Assembly: GCA_044223005.1 (NCBI GenBank)
Contig: JBGAML010000001.1
Coordinates: forward strand, 32,001 to 96,000
Direction: 5' to 3'
Length of the DNA: 64,000 bases
From: Candidatus Eiseniibacteriota bacterium
Lineage (GTDB): Bacteria > Eisenbacteria > RBG-16-71-46
Positions within the stretch are counted from its first letter, which is position 1, and each line of letters opens with the position of its first letter. The notes below the pieces were generated by a model. The model was not told the origin of the DNA and ran no database searches. It was given only the letters and a program-made list of their open reading frames with translations. The position numbers and the translations under genes are program-made. Of this stretch, positions 48,581 to 58,157 are shown piece by piece.

Positions 48581-48796
48581 GACGACTCCTGCGGGGGAGG
48601 ATCGTGACCGCGGGCCGCAACGGGGGACGGCTCGGACCCGTGCCTCGATTCTATCACCGCGGCCGGCGGCCGCCAGACGGCTTCTCCCGCGGGCGGCCTG
48701 CTCCGGAGCCGCGTTTTTCGCGCCCGGAATCGTAATGCGTCGTGCTAGCCTGCGCGGATCGCCGGACGGTCTTCCATCCACCCGAGGGCATCCCGC

Positions 48797-50290
48797 ATGG
48801 CCACGCAGGGCACGCTCGAGACGATCTCGCACCCGGACGGCCGGGTCGAACTGCGCGAGCCGGAGCGGCTGGAGTCGAGCCCGCTCTGGAACCACGACCT
48901 CGCTCCCGTGGCGATCGCGAAGCGCGACTGGACCACGTACAACTACGCGGCGCTGTGGATCAGCATGGCGCACTGCATCCCGACCTACATGCTCGCCTCG
49001 GGGCTCATGAGCTCGGGCATGACGTGGCAGCAGGCGCTCTTCACGATCCTGCTCGGCAACACGATCGTGCTGGTCCCCATCCTGCTCAACTCCCACCCGG
49101 GCACGCGCTACGGCATCCCGTTCCCGGTGTTCGCGCGCGCGAGCTACGGCACCGCCGGCTCCAACCTGCCCGCGCTCATGCGCGCGCTGGTCGCGTGCGG
49201 CTGGTTCGGCATCCAGGCGTGGATCGGCGGCGAGGCACTGCAGACGTTCTTCAGCGTGCTGATCCCGGGCTGGAAGCTGCTCCTCGGCGCGGGCTTCATG
49301 GGCCACACCACCACCGAGTGGCTCTCGTTCCTGCTCTTCTGGGGCATGAACATCGGCATCGTCTACCGCGGCATGAACCTGCTGCGCCACGTCGAGAACT
49401 GGACCGCGCCCTACGTGCTGGTGGTGACTGCGATCCTGCTCGTGTGGGCGGTGCGTGAAGCGCACGGCTTCGGGCCGCTGCTCTCGCAGCCGGGCAAGTT
49501 CAAGACGATGGGCGAGTTCCTGCCCGTGTTCGTGCCCTCGCTCACCGCGATGATCGGCTTCTGGGCGACGCTGTCGCTCAACATGCCCGACTTCACGCGC
49601 TTCGGCCGCAGCCAGCGCGAGCAGGTCGTGGGGCAGGTGGTCGCGCTGCCGACCACCATGTTCGCGTTCGCCGCGATGGGCGTGCTCATCACCTCGGCGA
49701 GTGCGCTTCTCTACGGCGAGCCCATCTGGGACCCGGTCAAGCTGGTCGGCAAGTTCACGAACCCGTTCGTCGTCGGCTTCGCGATGTTCTCGGTCGTCGC
49801 CGCGACGCTCGCGGTGAACATCGCCGCCAACGTGGTTTCTCCCGCCAACGACTTCGCCAACGCGCTGCCGAAGCACATCTCGTTCAAGACCGGCGGACTC
49901 ATCACCGGCATCGTCGGGATCCTCATGCAGCCGTGGCGCCTGCTCGCCGACCCCAAGGGTTACATCTTCACATGGCTCGTCGGCTACTCGGGCGGCCTCG
50001 GTTCGATCGCCGGCGTCATGATCGCGGACTACTGGCTCGTGCGCGGCAAGCGGCTCGAGCTGGGCGACCTCTACCGCGTCGAAGGCGTCTACCGGTATGA
50101 GGGCGGCTGGAACTGGCGCGCCGTGGTCGCGACGCTCGTGGGCTGCGCGCTCGCGTGGGGCGGCCTGGTCGTGCCCCCGCTGCGGCCGCTCTACGACTAC
50201 GCGTGGTTCGTCGGCTTCATCGTGTCGGCGCTGCTGCATTGGGCGCTGATGCGCATGGCGCCGCCGGTCGCGCGGCCCGCGCACGCCTGA
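48797..50290 (+). CDS. NCS1 family nucleobase:cation symporter
   Basis: N.DLAP, W..YNY.ALW, YGIPFPV..RAS.G, CGWFGIQ.WIGG, LN.PDFTRF, N..ANVVSP, QPW.L, Y.YAWF.G. Confidence 0.95.
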   Translation: MATQGTLETISHPDGRVELREPERLESSPLWNHDLAPVAIAKRDWTTYNYAALWISMAHCIPTYMLASGLMSSGMTWQQALFTILLGNTIVLVPILLNSHPGTRYGIPFPVFARASYGTAGSNLPALMRALVACGWFGIQAWIGGEALQTFFSVLIPGWKLLLGAGFMGHTTTEWLSFLLFWGMNIGIVYRGMNLLRHVENWTAPYVLVVTAILLVWAVREAHGFGPLLSQPGKFKTMGEFLPVFVPSLTAMIGFWATLSLNMPDFTRFGRSQREQVVGQVVALPTTMFAFAAMGVLITSASALLYGEPIWDPVKLVGKFTNPFVVGFAMFSVVAATLAVNIAANVVSPANDFANALPKHISFKTGGLITGIVGILMQPWRLLADPKGYIFTWLVGYSGGLGSIAGVMIADYWLVRGKRLELGDLYRVEGVYRYEGGWNWRAVVATLVGCALAWGGLVVPPLRPLYDYAWFVGFIVSALLHWALMRMAPPVARPAHA

Positions 50291-50423
50291 CCGCACGGGA
50301 GTTCGCCCGAGTCGGCGGCTCCACGTGCGCATCCAACGAAACTCGCACCCCCGGCCGGGCGCACGGCCGGGACATCGCCGCCTCCACGTCGATCCCCACT
50401 CCCTCGGATCGAGGTCCCCCCCG

Positions 50424-52901
50424 ATGTCGCACGAGACTCCCCGCGTGTTCGGCCGTTACGAAGTGATCGCGCCCATCGGGCGCGGCGCCATGGGCGAGGT
50501 GTACCGTGCCCGCGACGCGAGCCTGGGTCGTGACGTCGCGATCAAGGTCCTGCCGGGCGCCTTCAGCAGCGATCCCGAGCGCCTGCGGCGCTTCGACCAG
50601 GAGGCGCGTGCCGCCGGGTCGCTCCATCACCCCAACATCGTCGCGGTGTTCGACGTCGGGCAGCACGACGGCGCGCCCTACGTGGTCACCGAACTGCTCG
50701 AGGGCGCGACTCTGCGCCGCCGGCTCGAGGACCACGGGATCCCGCTGCGCAAGGCGCTCGATTTCGGCGCGCAGATCGCGCGCGGGCTCGCCGCCGCGCA
50801 CGCCAAGGGCATCATCCACCGCGACCTCAAGCCGGAGAACCTGTTCGTCACCGCGGACGGGCAGGTGAAGATCCTCGACTTCGGCCTCGCCAAGCTCGTC
50901 GGCGATGCGGCTCCCGGTGCGGCGGCAGATTCGCTCGCGGCGACCGCGATGACCGAGATGGGCCGCGTGCTCGGCACGGTCGGCTACATGGCGCCCGAGC
51001 AGGTGCGCGGCGAGGCCGTGGACACGCGTGCCGACCTCTTCGCACTCGGCTGCGTGCTGCACGAGATGATCACGGGCACCGCGCCCTTCCGCCGCGGCAC
51101 GTCGGTCGAGACCATGGCGGCGATCCTCGGCGAGGACATGCCGCGCCTGCCGGACGACGTGCAGGCGCAGCAGCCCGTGCTCGCGGCACTGCTGCGGCGC
51201 TGCACCGAGAAGCTCGCCGGTGAGCGCTTCGAGTCGGCGCGCGACGTCGCCTACCAGCTCGACGCGCTCGCGAGCGCGGTCGGCGCGCCCACGCAGGAAG
51301 GTGCGACGGCGCCGGATGTGCGCTACGAGCGCGTCACGTTCCGGCGCGGCGCGATCTGGTCGGCGCGGTTCACGCCGGACGGCCACTCGGTCATCTACAG
51401 CGCGAGCTGGGAGGGCAAGCCACTCGAGCTGTTCTGGGCGCACCTCGGCAACCCGGAGGCCCGCCCGCTCGGCTTCGTGAACACGGACCTGCTCGGGCTC
51501 TCGCCGTCCAACGAAATGGCGGTGCTGTTGCGCTCGGAGTTCACCACCTCGTTCGACCGGCGCGGCACGCTCGCACGCGTCCCCCCGATGGGCGGCGCGG
51601 CTCGCGAGCTGCTGCACGACGTGCACGCCGCGGAATGGACGCGCGACGGCCAGCAGATGGCGATCGTGCGCGAGAAACAGGGCATGATCCGGCTCGAGCT
51701 GCCGGCCGGAAACGTGCTCTACCAGACCGCGGGCTGGATCAGCCAGATGCGCTTCTCCCCCGACGGCCAGCTGCTCGCGATCGCCGACCACCCGTCGCGC
51801 AACAGCGACACGGGGCAGGTCTCCGTGATCGACCGCAAGGGCGAGCGGCGCGTGCTGTCGGACAAGTGGGGCACGTTGCGCGGGCTCGCGTGGTCCGCGG
51901 ACGGGCGCGAGGTGTGGTTCACGGCCGATCGCGGCGGTGCGGCCCGCGGCATGTACGCGGTCTCGCTCGACGGCGTGCTCCGGCGCGTACTGCAGCTGGC
52001 CAGCAACCTCACGTTGCACGACGTGGCCGCCGACGGCCGCGTGCTCGTCGGCCACGGCCCGGAACGCGCCGGTATCAACGCACTGCCGCTCGGCGATTCG
52101 CGCGAGCGCGACCTGTCGTGGCTCGACTGGTCGCTGCTCGAGGACATCTCGGCCGACGGCCGCACGCTGCTGCTCGACGAATCGGCCGAAGGCGGCGGCA
52201 TGGACGGTTCCATCTACCTGCGCATGATCGACGGTTCGCCGGCGATCCGGCTCGCGGACGGCATCGCGCGCTCGATGTCACCGGACGGCGAGTGGGTGCT
52301 CGGCTCGCGCAACAGCAGCGACGGGCTCGGGCACCTGCGCATGCTGCCCACCGGCGTCGGCGAACCGCGCGACCTGCCGATCGGCGACCTGTACTGCAAC
52401 AACGCCAAGTGGCTGCCGGACGGGCACTCGCTCGTCGTCTCGGGACACGAGCCCGGGCAGGGCACGCGGCTCTATGTGCTCGATTCGGTCACCGGCGAGC
52501 ACCGCGCGGTGAGTCCCGAGGGCGTGGACGCGATGGAGTACCAGGTGCTGCCGCGCGGCAACGCGGTGGTGGCGATCAACGCCGACCAGGAGCACTGGCT
52601 CTATCCGCTCGATGGCCGCGATCCCGCACCCATCACGGGTCTCGACCGCGCGGACCGGGTCGTGCTGTGGAACGAGGACGAGAACGCCGTGCTGGTGTTC
52701 GTCAACAACGAGATGCCGGCGCGCATCTACCGCCTCGATCTCGCGGCCGGCACACGCACGGTGCTCCACGAGCTCACGCCGCCCGACCCGACCGGCATCT
52801 ACCGCATCGGGCGCGTGCGCACGAGCCAGGACGGCCGTGCCTACGGCTACACCTACTACATGCAGCTCGTGGACCTGCACGTCATCAGTGGATTGAAGTA
52901 G
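50424..52901 (+). CDS. Hanks-type Ser/Thr protein kinase with C-terminal TolB/WD40-like propeller
   Basis: GRGAMGEVY, VAIKVL, HRDLKPEN, DFGLAK, YMAPE; repeated F/WS.DG motifs; no obvious TM helix. Confidence 0.93.
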   Translation: MSHETPRVFGRYEVIAPIGRGAMGEVYRARDASLGRDVAIKVLPGAFSSDPERLRRFDQEARAAGSLHHPNIVAVFDVGQHDGAPYVVTELLEGATLRRRLEDHGIPLRKALDFGAQIARGLAAAHAKGIIHRDLKPENLFVTADGQVKILDFGLAKLVGDAAPGAAADSLAATAMTEMGRVLGTVGYMAPEQVRGEAVDTRADLFALGCVLHEMITGTAPFRRGTSVETMAAILGEDMPRLPDDVQAQQPVLAALLRRCTEKLAGERFESARDVAYQLDALASAVGAPTQEGATAPDVRYERVTFRRGAIWSARFTPDGHSVIYSASWEGKPLELFWAHLGNPEARPLGFVNTDLLGLSPSNEMAVLLRSEFTTSFDRRGTLARVPPMGGAARELLHDVHAAEWTRDGQQMAIVREKQGMIRLELPAGNVLYQTAGWISQMRFSPDGQLLAIADHPSRNSDTGQVSVIDRKGERRVLSDKWGTLRGLAWSADGREVWFTADRGGAARGMYAVSLDGVLRRVLQLASNLTLHDVAADGRVLVGHGPERAGINALPLGDSRERDLSWLDWSLLEDISADGRTLLLDESAEGGGMDGSIYLRMIDGSPAIRLADGIARSMSPDGEWVLGSRNSSDGLGHLRMLPTGVGEPRDLPIGDLYCNNAKWLPDGHSLVVSGHEPGQGTRLYVLDSVTGEHRAVSPEGVDAMEYQVLPRGNAVVAINADQEHWLYPLDGRDPAPITGLDRADRVVLWNEDENAVLVFVNNEMPARIYRLDLAAGTRTVLHELTPPDPTGIYRIGRVRTSQDGRAYGYTYYMQLVDLHVISGLK

Positions 52902-52963
52902 GCTCGCGACTCGTCGCCCGGGCCCCGCCGCAGGCCCCACACGCTTCGAGCGGAGGTCCACCC

Positions 52964-53590
52964 GTGCTCCACGAAAAGCTGCTCCGCGACGCGCTCACGA
53001 TGTGGACGACGATCGACCCGATCGCGACCCTGGTCGTGTTCGCGTCGCTCACCGTCGGCATGGCCGCGCCCCAGCGGCGCGCGCTCGCCCGTGATGCGAC
53101 GATCTTCTCCGCGATGATCCTGCTCGCGGCCATCGTGCTGGGCCAGGTCGTGCTGAACGCGCTCGGCATCTCGATGGTGGCTTTCCAGGTCGCCGGGGGG
53201 ATCGTGCTGTTCCTGTTCGCGCTGCAGCTCGTGTTCGGCACGGTACACACCGGCGACGCCGCCGGCGGTCCCGGGGCACACCCGGCGGTGTTCCCGCTGG
53301 CGGTCCCGTCGATCGCCTCGCCGGGCGCGATCCTCGCGGCGATCGTGCTCACCGACAACCACCTGCACGGGTTCGTCGAGCAGCTGGGGACCGCGCTCGT
53401 GACGCTCGCGGTGCTGGGGCTCAACTGGCTGCTCATGCTCGGCGCCGACCGCATCCTGCGCGTGATCGGCCAGCACGGCGCGGCGCTGGTGATCCGCGTC
53501 ATGGGCCTCGTGCTGGCGGCGCTGTCGGTCCAGTTCGTGATCGAGGCGCTCGGGATCCAGACGGCCGGCGCGGTCAAGATCGGTCACTGA
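52964..53590 (+). CDS. MarC family membrane protein
   Basis: IDP, GIS..AFQ.AGG..LF, A.FPLA.P.IA.PGA, RVMGL.LAA..VQF; GGAGG RBS. Confidence 0.92.
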   Translation: MLHEKLLRDALTMWTTIDPIATLVVFASLTVGMAAPQRRALARDATIFSAMILLAAIVLGQVVLNALGISMVAFQVAGGIVLFLFALQLVFGTVHTGDAAGGPGAHPAVFPLAVPSIASPGAILAAIVLTDNHLHGFVEQLGTALVTLAVLGLNWLLMLGADRILRVIGQHGAALVIRVMGLVLAALSVQFVIEALGIQTAGAVKIGH

Positions 53591-53612
53591 CCGCGCCGGC
53601 ACGCCCCGCGCG

Positions 53613-55190
53613 TCACCGCACCAGCATCAGCCGCGCGCTGCGCGTCTCGCCGGCGATCTCGAGCCGCACCAGGTAGAGCCCGCTGCGGGCGGCCGTGCCC
53701 GCGTCGCTGCGCCCGTCCCACACTCGCGCGTGCGCGCCGGCGCCGAACGGTTCGCGATCGACCAGCGTGCGCACGCGCCCGCCGTCGAGCGAATAGATCG
53801 CCACCCGCACCGGGCTCGCCGCTCCCTGCGACCACGCGACGGTCGTGCTGCCGCGGCTGGGGTTGGGACGCGGCGCCGAGAGCTGGACGCCGGAGACCAC
53901 CGGCGGTGTCACGCCGGCCGAGCCCGTGTACACGATCCGGCGCACCTCGCCCGTGCCGGCGCCGCTGGTGTACTGGCGGCAGTAGACGAGCGAACCGTCG
54001 GCGAGCTCGATCAGGTCCGAGACCGCGTCGAAGCCCGTGCCCCAGAAGTTCGGGTCGACCTGGCCGTCCACCGCGGGCGCGGTGCTCCACGAGCTGCCGC
54101 TGCCCTCGATGCGCCGCATCTGGCCGTCGTAGTAGTCGAGGAAGAAGATGTCGCCGGCGTACTCGGCCGGAAAATCGTACTGGCCCGCCGACATCCGCCG
54201 GTAGAGCGGGCCCGCGACGATCGCGTCGCCGGTGCTGTGATCGTAGTACGCGATCGGCTCGGTGAACGGCGCCGGCGGCGTGAGCGAGCACGTCGTGTAC
54301 GCCGCGGGGCCCTCGCGCAGCGGCCAGCCCATGTCCAACCCGCCGCTCGCCGCGAGGTCGAGCTCCTCCCACGCGCCCTGGCCGACGTCGGCGATCACGA
54401 GCGCACCCGTGATCGGATCGACCTGGAAGCGGAACGGATTGCGCAGGCCATCCGTCCAGACGAGCCGCGCGCTCGAATCGGCATCGTTCGCGTACGGATT
54501 CCCGGCGGCGGCGATGAGCGCGATCGGCGGCGGGCCGCCCGCCCCGGCCGGCAGCTGGCTCACGTCCAGGCGCAGGATCTTGCCGACGAGCTGGGTGATG
54601 TCCTGTGCCGGGCAGCCCGCGGCGTCGTCGCCGAGGCTCACGTAGAGCATGCCGTCGGGGGCGAAGCGAACCGTGCCGCCGTTGTGATTGGACGCGTTGT
54701 CCGGCAGCCCGACCAGCACGTCGTAACGCGTCGCGGCGTCGAACGTGAACCGGCCGTTGCCCGTGTAGGCGAGATCGCCGGTCACCGTGAAACGCGAGAT
54801 CGAGATGGTGTTCAGGTGTCCCGGACGCGCGTCGTCGCAGTGGATGTAGACGTAGGGCCGCGCCGGGAAGCCCGGGTCGACCGTGATGCCGAGCAGGCCC
54901 TGTTCGCCGCCACCGGTGTCCAGGCCCGGGACCGTCCCCACCGTGGAGACGCTGTTGCCGACGATCAGGCCCACGCGCCCGGTCACCTGCTCGACGAACA
55001 GCACGCGCCGCGCGGTGTCGATGGTCGGATCGGGCACCTCGGCGAGGCCGACGGGCAGGTCGAGCGAACTCGCCACGAGCGCGTCCGCGAATCCCGTGGG
55101 CACGGACGCGGGACCGGCGAGGAGCGGCGAGACGTGAAGCGTCGAGAGCGCGAGCAGTACGGGCAACAGCGCGATTCTGCGAAGACGCAT
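53613..55190 (-). CDS. Secreted PQQ-dependent sugar dehydrogenase (GSDH family) with FlgD-Ig tail
   Basis: EQGLLG, NHNGG...F.PDG.LY.S.GD, GKILR, GLRNPFR, DVG...WEE, GWP.REG, PRPNP...WDGR. Confidence 0.9.
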   Translation of the reverse strand: MRLRRIALLPVLLALSTLHVSPLLAGPASVPTGFADALVASSLDLPVGLAEVPDPTIDTARRVLFVEQVTGRVGLIVGNSVSTVGTVPGLDTGGGEQGLLGITVDPGFPARPYVYIHCDDARPGHLNTISISRFTVTGDLAYTGNGRFTFDAATRYDVLVGLPDNASNHNGGTVRFAPDGMLYVSLGDDAAGCPAQDITQLVGKILRLDVSQLPAGAGGPPPIALIAAAGNPYANDADSSARLVWTDGLRNPFRFQVDPITGALVIADVGQGAWEELDLAASGGLDMGWPLREGPAAYTTCSLTPPAPFTEPIAYYDHSTGDAIVAGPLYRRMSAGQYDFPAEYAGDIFFLDYYDGQMRRIEGSGSSWSTAPAVDGQVDPNFWGTGFDAVSDLIELADGSLVYCRQYTSGAGTGEVRRIVYTGSAGVTPPVVSGVQLSAPRPNPSRGSTTVAWSQGAASPVRVAIYSLDGGRVRTLVDREPFGAGAHARVWDGRSDAGTAARSGLYLVRLEIAGETRSARLMLVR

Positions 55191-55453
55191 GTCGGGGAAC
55201 CTCGCGGGGGGATGGAGGACCGTGGGTACCGGAGATGGCGGGATGATCCCCTGCGCACCGGCGTGAACCAACCGGAAAATGCGCCCGGCGCACCGAGCAC
55301 GGCCGGATCGCACGCGGCTTTGCGCCGTCGTGACCGATGCGGCCGCGTGACGCGCGCGAACGGGCCGGCTCGCCCTGCGGCGAGCCGGCCCGTCGCGTTT
55401 CGCGATTTCGCGGCGGTGCGGGCGGTCCTGGAACCGCCCGCTCGCGCCCCGGC

Positions 55454-56587
55454 CTACTCGAGCACGTGGATGTTCTTCTTCGCGCAGATGTCCTTCAGCC
55501 GCTTCGGCCACACGGTGACGCTCACCTCGCCCAGGTGCGCCTTGCGCAGCAGCAGCATGGTCGTGCGGGACTGACCGATGCCACCGCCGATCGAGAGCGG
55601 GATCTGGTCGGCGAGAATTGCCTTGTGGTACGGCAGGTCGAGGAAGTCGAGTTGCCGGCTGATCTCGAGCTGCTGGCGCAGCGTGTCCTTGGTCACCCGC
55701 ACGCCCATGGACGTCAGTTCATGGCGGCGCTTCGTCACCGGGTTCCAGACGAGGATGTCGCCGTTCAGCCCGTGCATCGGGCGGCCGTCGTCGGACACGG
55801 TCGGCGTCACCCAGTCGTCGTAGTCGGCGGCGCGCATCTCGTGCGGGTAGCCGTCCTTGAGCACCCAGCCGATGCCGATGATGAACACGGCCGCGTGCTT
55901 CTCCGACAGGACCTTCGTCTCACGCTGCTTGCGCGGCAGGTCCGGGTACATCGCCAGCAGGTCCTCGGCGTGGATGAACGTCAGCTCGTCCGGGAGGCTC
56001 GGGTACCGCGGATGCCGCAGCTTGGGGAACTCGGACTGGATGAAGACCTCCGCCCCCTTGATGACCTTCCAGATGCGCCGCACCGTGTCCTTCAGCGTCT
56101 TCAGGTTGCGCTCGTCGGCGGTGATGACCTTCTCCCAGTCCCACTGGTCCACGTACGCGCTGTGGTCGTGGTCGAGGAAGTAGTCCTTGCGCACGGCGCG
56201 CATGTCCGTGCACAGCCCTTCGCCGACGTCGCAGCCGAACTCGCGCAGGGCCATCCGCTTCCACTTGGTCGCGGCCTGCACCACCTGGGCGTCGATGCGC
56301 TTGTCGAGCCCGAGCCCGCAGGGGAACTCGATCGGCGTGCGCGAGCCGTCGCGGTCGAGGTAGTCGTTGACGCCGCTCTCCTTGCTCACGATGAGCGGCA
56401 CTTCCACCGGGAAGAGGTTCAGCTCCCGGCAGAGCCCATCCATGATGTAGCGCTTGAGGGCGTGGAGGGCGTGCTGGGTTTCCTTCGGGTCGAGCAGCGA
56501 GGAGTAATCCGAGGGCAGGATCTTCTCGACTTCCTCGTACGTGCTGATGCCCGGGCCGGCGAGGTCGGCCTGCTTGGTGGTACCCAT
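55454..56587 (-). CDS. asnA: Aspartate--ammonia ligase
   Basis: KWKR.AL, GEGL.TDM.A.R, HSAYVDQWDWE, RA.DYDDW, GLNGDI, SMG.RV, SIGGGIGQSR, HLGEV. Confidence 0.93.
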   Translation of the reverse strand: MGTTKQADLAGPGISTYEEVEKILPSDYSSLLDPKETQHALHALKRYIMDGLCRELNLFPVEVPLIVSKESGVNDYLDRDGSRTPIEFPCGLGLDKRIDAQVVQAATKWKRMALREFGCDVGEGLCTDMRAVRKDYFLDHDHSAYVDQWDWEKVITADERNLKTLKDTVRRIWKVIKGAEVFIQSEFPKLRHPRYPSLPDELTFIHAEDLLAMYPDLPRKQRETKVLSEKHAAVFIIGIGWVLKDGYPHEMRAADYDDWVTPTVSDDGRPMHGLNGDILVWNPVTKRRHELTSMGVRVTKDTLRQQLEISRQLDFLDLPYHKAILADQIPLSIGGGIGQSRTTMLLLRKAHLGEVSVTVWPKRLKDICAKKNIHVLE

Positions 56588-56838
56588 GAGAACCTCCGTC
56601 GAGAGACCGGACGCGTGGCGGCCTTCGTCGAGGTGCGGGCGCGCGTGCGCCGGTACGGAGTGCGGAGGCTCGCATCAGGTGTGCCCCGCGCGAGCCCTCT
56701 CCGCGGGCATCGCGGCGATGCATGCGCCGCAAGCGATAGCGCGAAAGCGCCGCGCGCGCGCTCCGGAAGGAGCACGCGCGCGTGCGATGCCAGATTGGCG
56801 GGACGCCTGCCAGCGGCGTCGGCGTTCAGGTTGAAAAG

Positions 56839-58050
56839 CTAGACTTTCGCCTTCGCGCCGTACGCCGCGAGCGCGCCGGCGAGGATGCGCATCGCGCGCT
56901 CGAGCTTGGGCACTTCGAGCACGTACGCGAGCCGCACTTCGTCGCGTCCGAGCCCGGGCGTGGCGTAGAAGCCGTCGAGCGGCGCGACCATCACGGTCTC
57001 GCCGTCCTGCTGGTAGTCCGAGAGCAGCCAGATCGCGAACGCGTTGGCGTCGTCCACCGGCAGGCCCAGGCAGACGTAGAACGCGCCCTCGGGCTTGCGC
57101 ACGCGCACGCCCGGCATCGCGGCGAGCGCGGCGTACACGACGTCGCGGCGCTTCTGGTACTCCGCGATGACGCCCTGCGTGTACGACGCGGGAACCTGCG
57201 TCAGCGCCGCGCACGCGAACTGCTCGAGCGTCGGCGGGCAGAGCCGCGCCTGGCCGAAGCGCAGGATCGCGTCCATGAAGCCCTTGTTGCGCGAGACGAT
57301 ATTGCCGATGCGCGCGCCGCAGAGCGAGTAGCGCTTGGAGACGCTGTCCACGACGATCGCGAGATCGTCGATGTCCGGCAGGGTCAGGATCGATCGGCTC
57401 GTTTTCCCTTCGTACGTGAACTCGCGATAGACCTCGTCGGCGACCAGATAGAGACCGCGGTCGCGGCAGATCGACGCGAGCACCTGCAACTCGGCGTCCG
57501 TGTACACGGTGCCCGTCGGGTTGTTCGGCGAGCAGATGAGGATCGCGCGTGTGCGCGGCCCGATCTTCGCCTCGATCGCCGCGCGCGACGGCAGGTGGTA
57601 GCCGTCTTCGCCGCGCGTCGTGACGGGCACGCACTCCACGCCCGTCATGGCCGCGAAGCCGTTGTAATTGGTGTAGAACGGCTCGAACACGATCACCTGG
57701 TCGCCGGGATCGCAGAGCGCTCCCAGCGTAAACTGGATCGCTTCACTGCCCGCCGTGGTGACGAAGATCTGCTCCACCGCGAGGTTCGCGCCGACGCCCG
57801 CGTAGTAGGTGCGCAGCGCCTCGAGGTACTCGGGCAGGCCCTGCGACGGGCCGTAGGGCACGTACGCGGCCGGGTATTGCTTGAACCGCTCGAGGATCTG
57901 CGGCGGCGTCGGGATGTCGGGCTGGCCGATGTTGAGGCCGTGCACCTCGAGGCCGCGCTGACGCGCGGCCACGGCGTAGGGAGCGAGCCGGCGGATCGGC
58001 GACGCCGGCATGATCTCGGCGCGCTGGGAGAGTCGGGTGACGGGAGCCAT
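56839..58050 (-). CDS. Class I/II PLP aminotransferase (aspartate aminotransferase-like)
   Basis: SPIR.L, LNIGQPDI.TP, EPFY.NY, PNNPTG, DEVYREF, SVSKRYS.CG.RIG. Confidence 0.92.
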   Translation of the reverse strand: MAPVTRLSQRAEIMPASPIRRLAPYAVAARQRGLEVHGLNIGQPDIPTPPQILERFKQYPAAYVPYGPSQGLPEYLEALRTYYAGVGANLAVEQIFVTTAGSEAIQFTLGALCDPGDQVIVFEPFYTNYNGFAAMTGVECVPVTTRGEDGYHLPSRAAIEAKIGPRTRAILICSPNNPTGTVYTDAELQVLASICRDRGLYLVADEVYREFTYEGKTSRSILTLPDIDDLAIVVDSVSKRYSLCGARIGNIVSRNKGFMDAILRFGQARLCPPTLEQFACAALTQVPASYTQGVIAEYQKRRDVVYAALAAMPGVRVRKPEGAFYVCLGLPVDDANAFAIWLLSDYQQDGETVMVAPLDGFYATPGLGRDEVRLAYVLEVPKLERAMRILAGALAAYGAKAKV

Positions 58051-58157
58051 GGGGATCTCGCGGGACGAACCGGTGTTCGCGCGGGCCCGGAGGCCGCACG
58101 AGGAGCGCATCGCGGCGACCAGTCTAGCGCATCCGCGTGGTGGCCGGCGCGGCGCCT

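Noticed and set aside
48780..48796. Third copy of the pyrimidine leader motif before NCS1 (CCCGAGGG)
   Set aside because: Only a short partial match that doubles as the RBS; lacks GGAGACACGG and CCCCGACTT.
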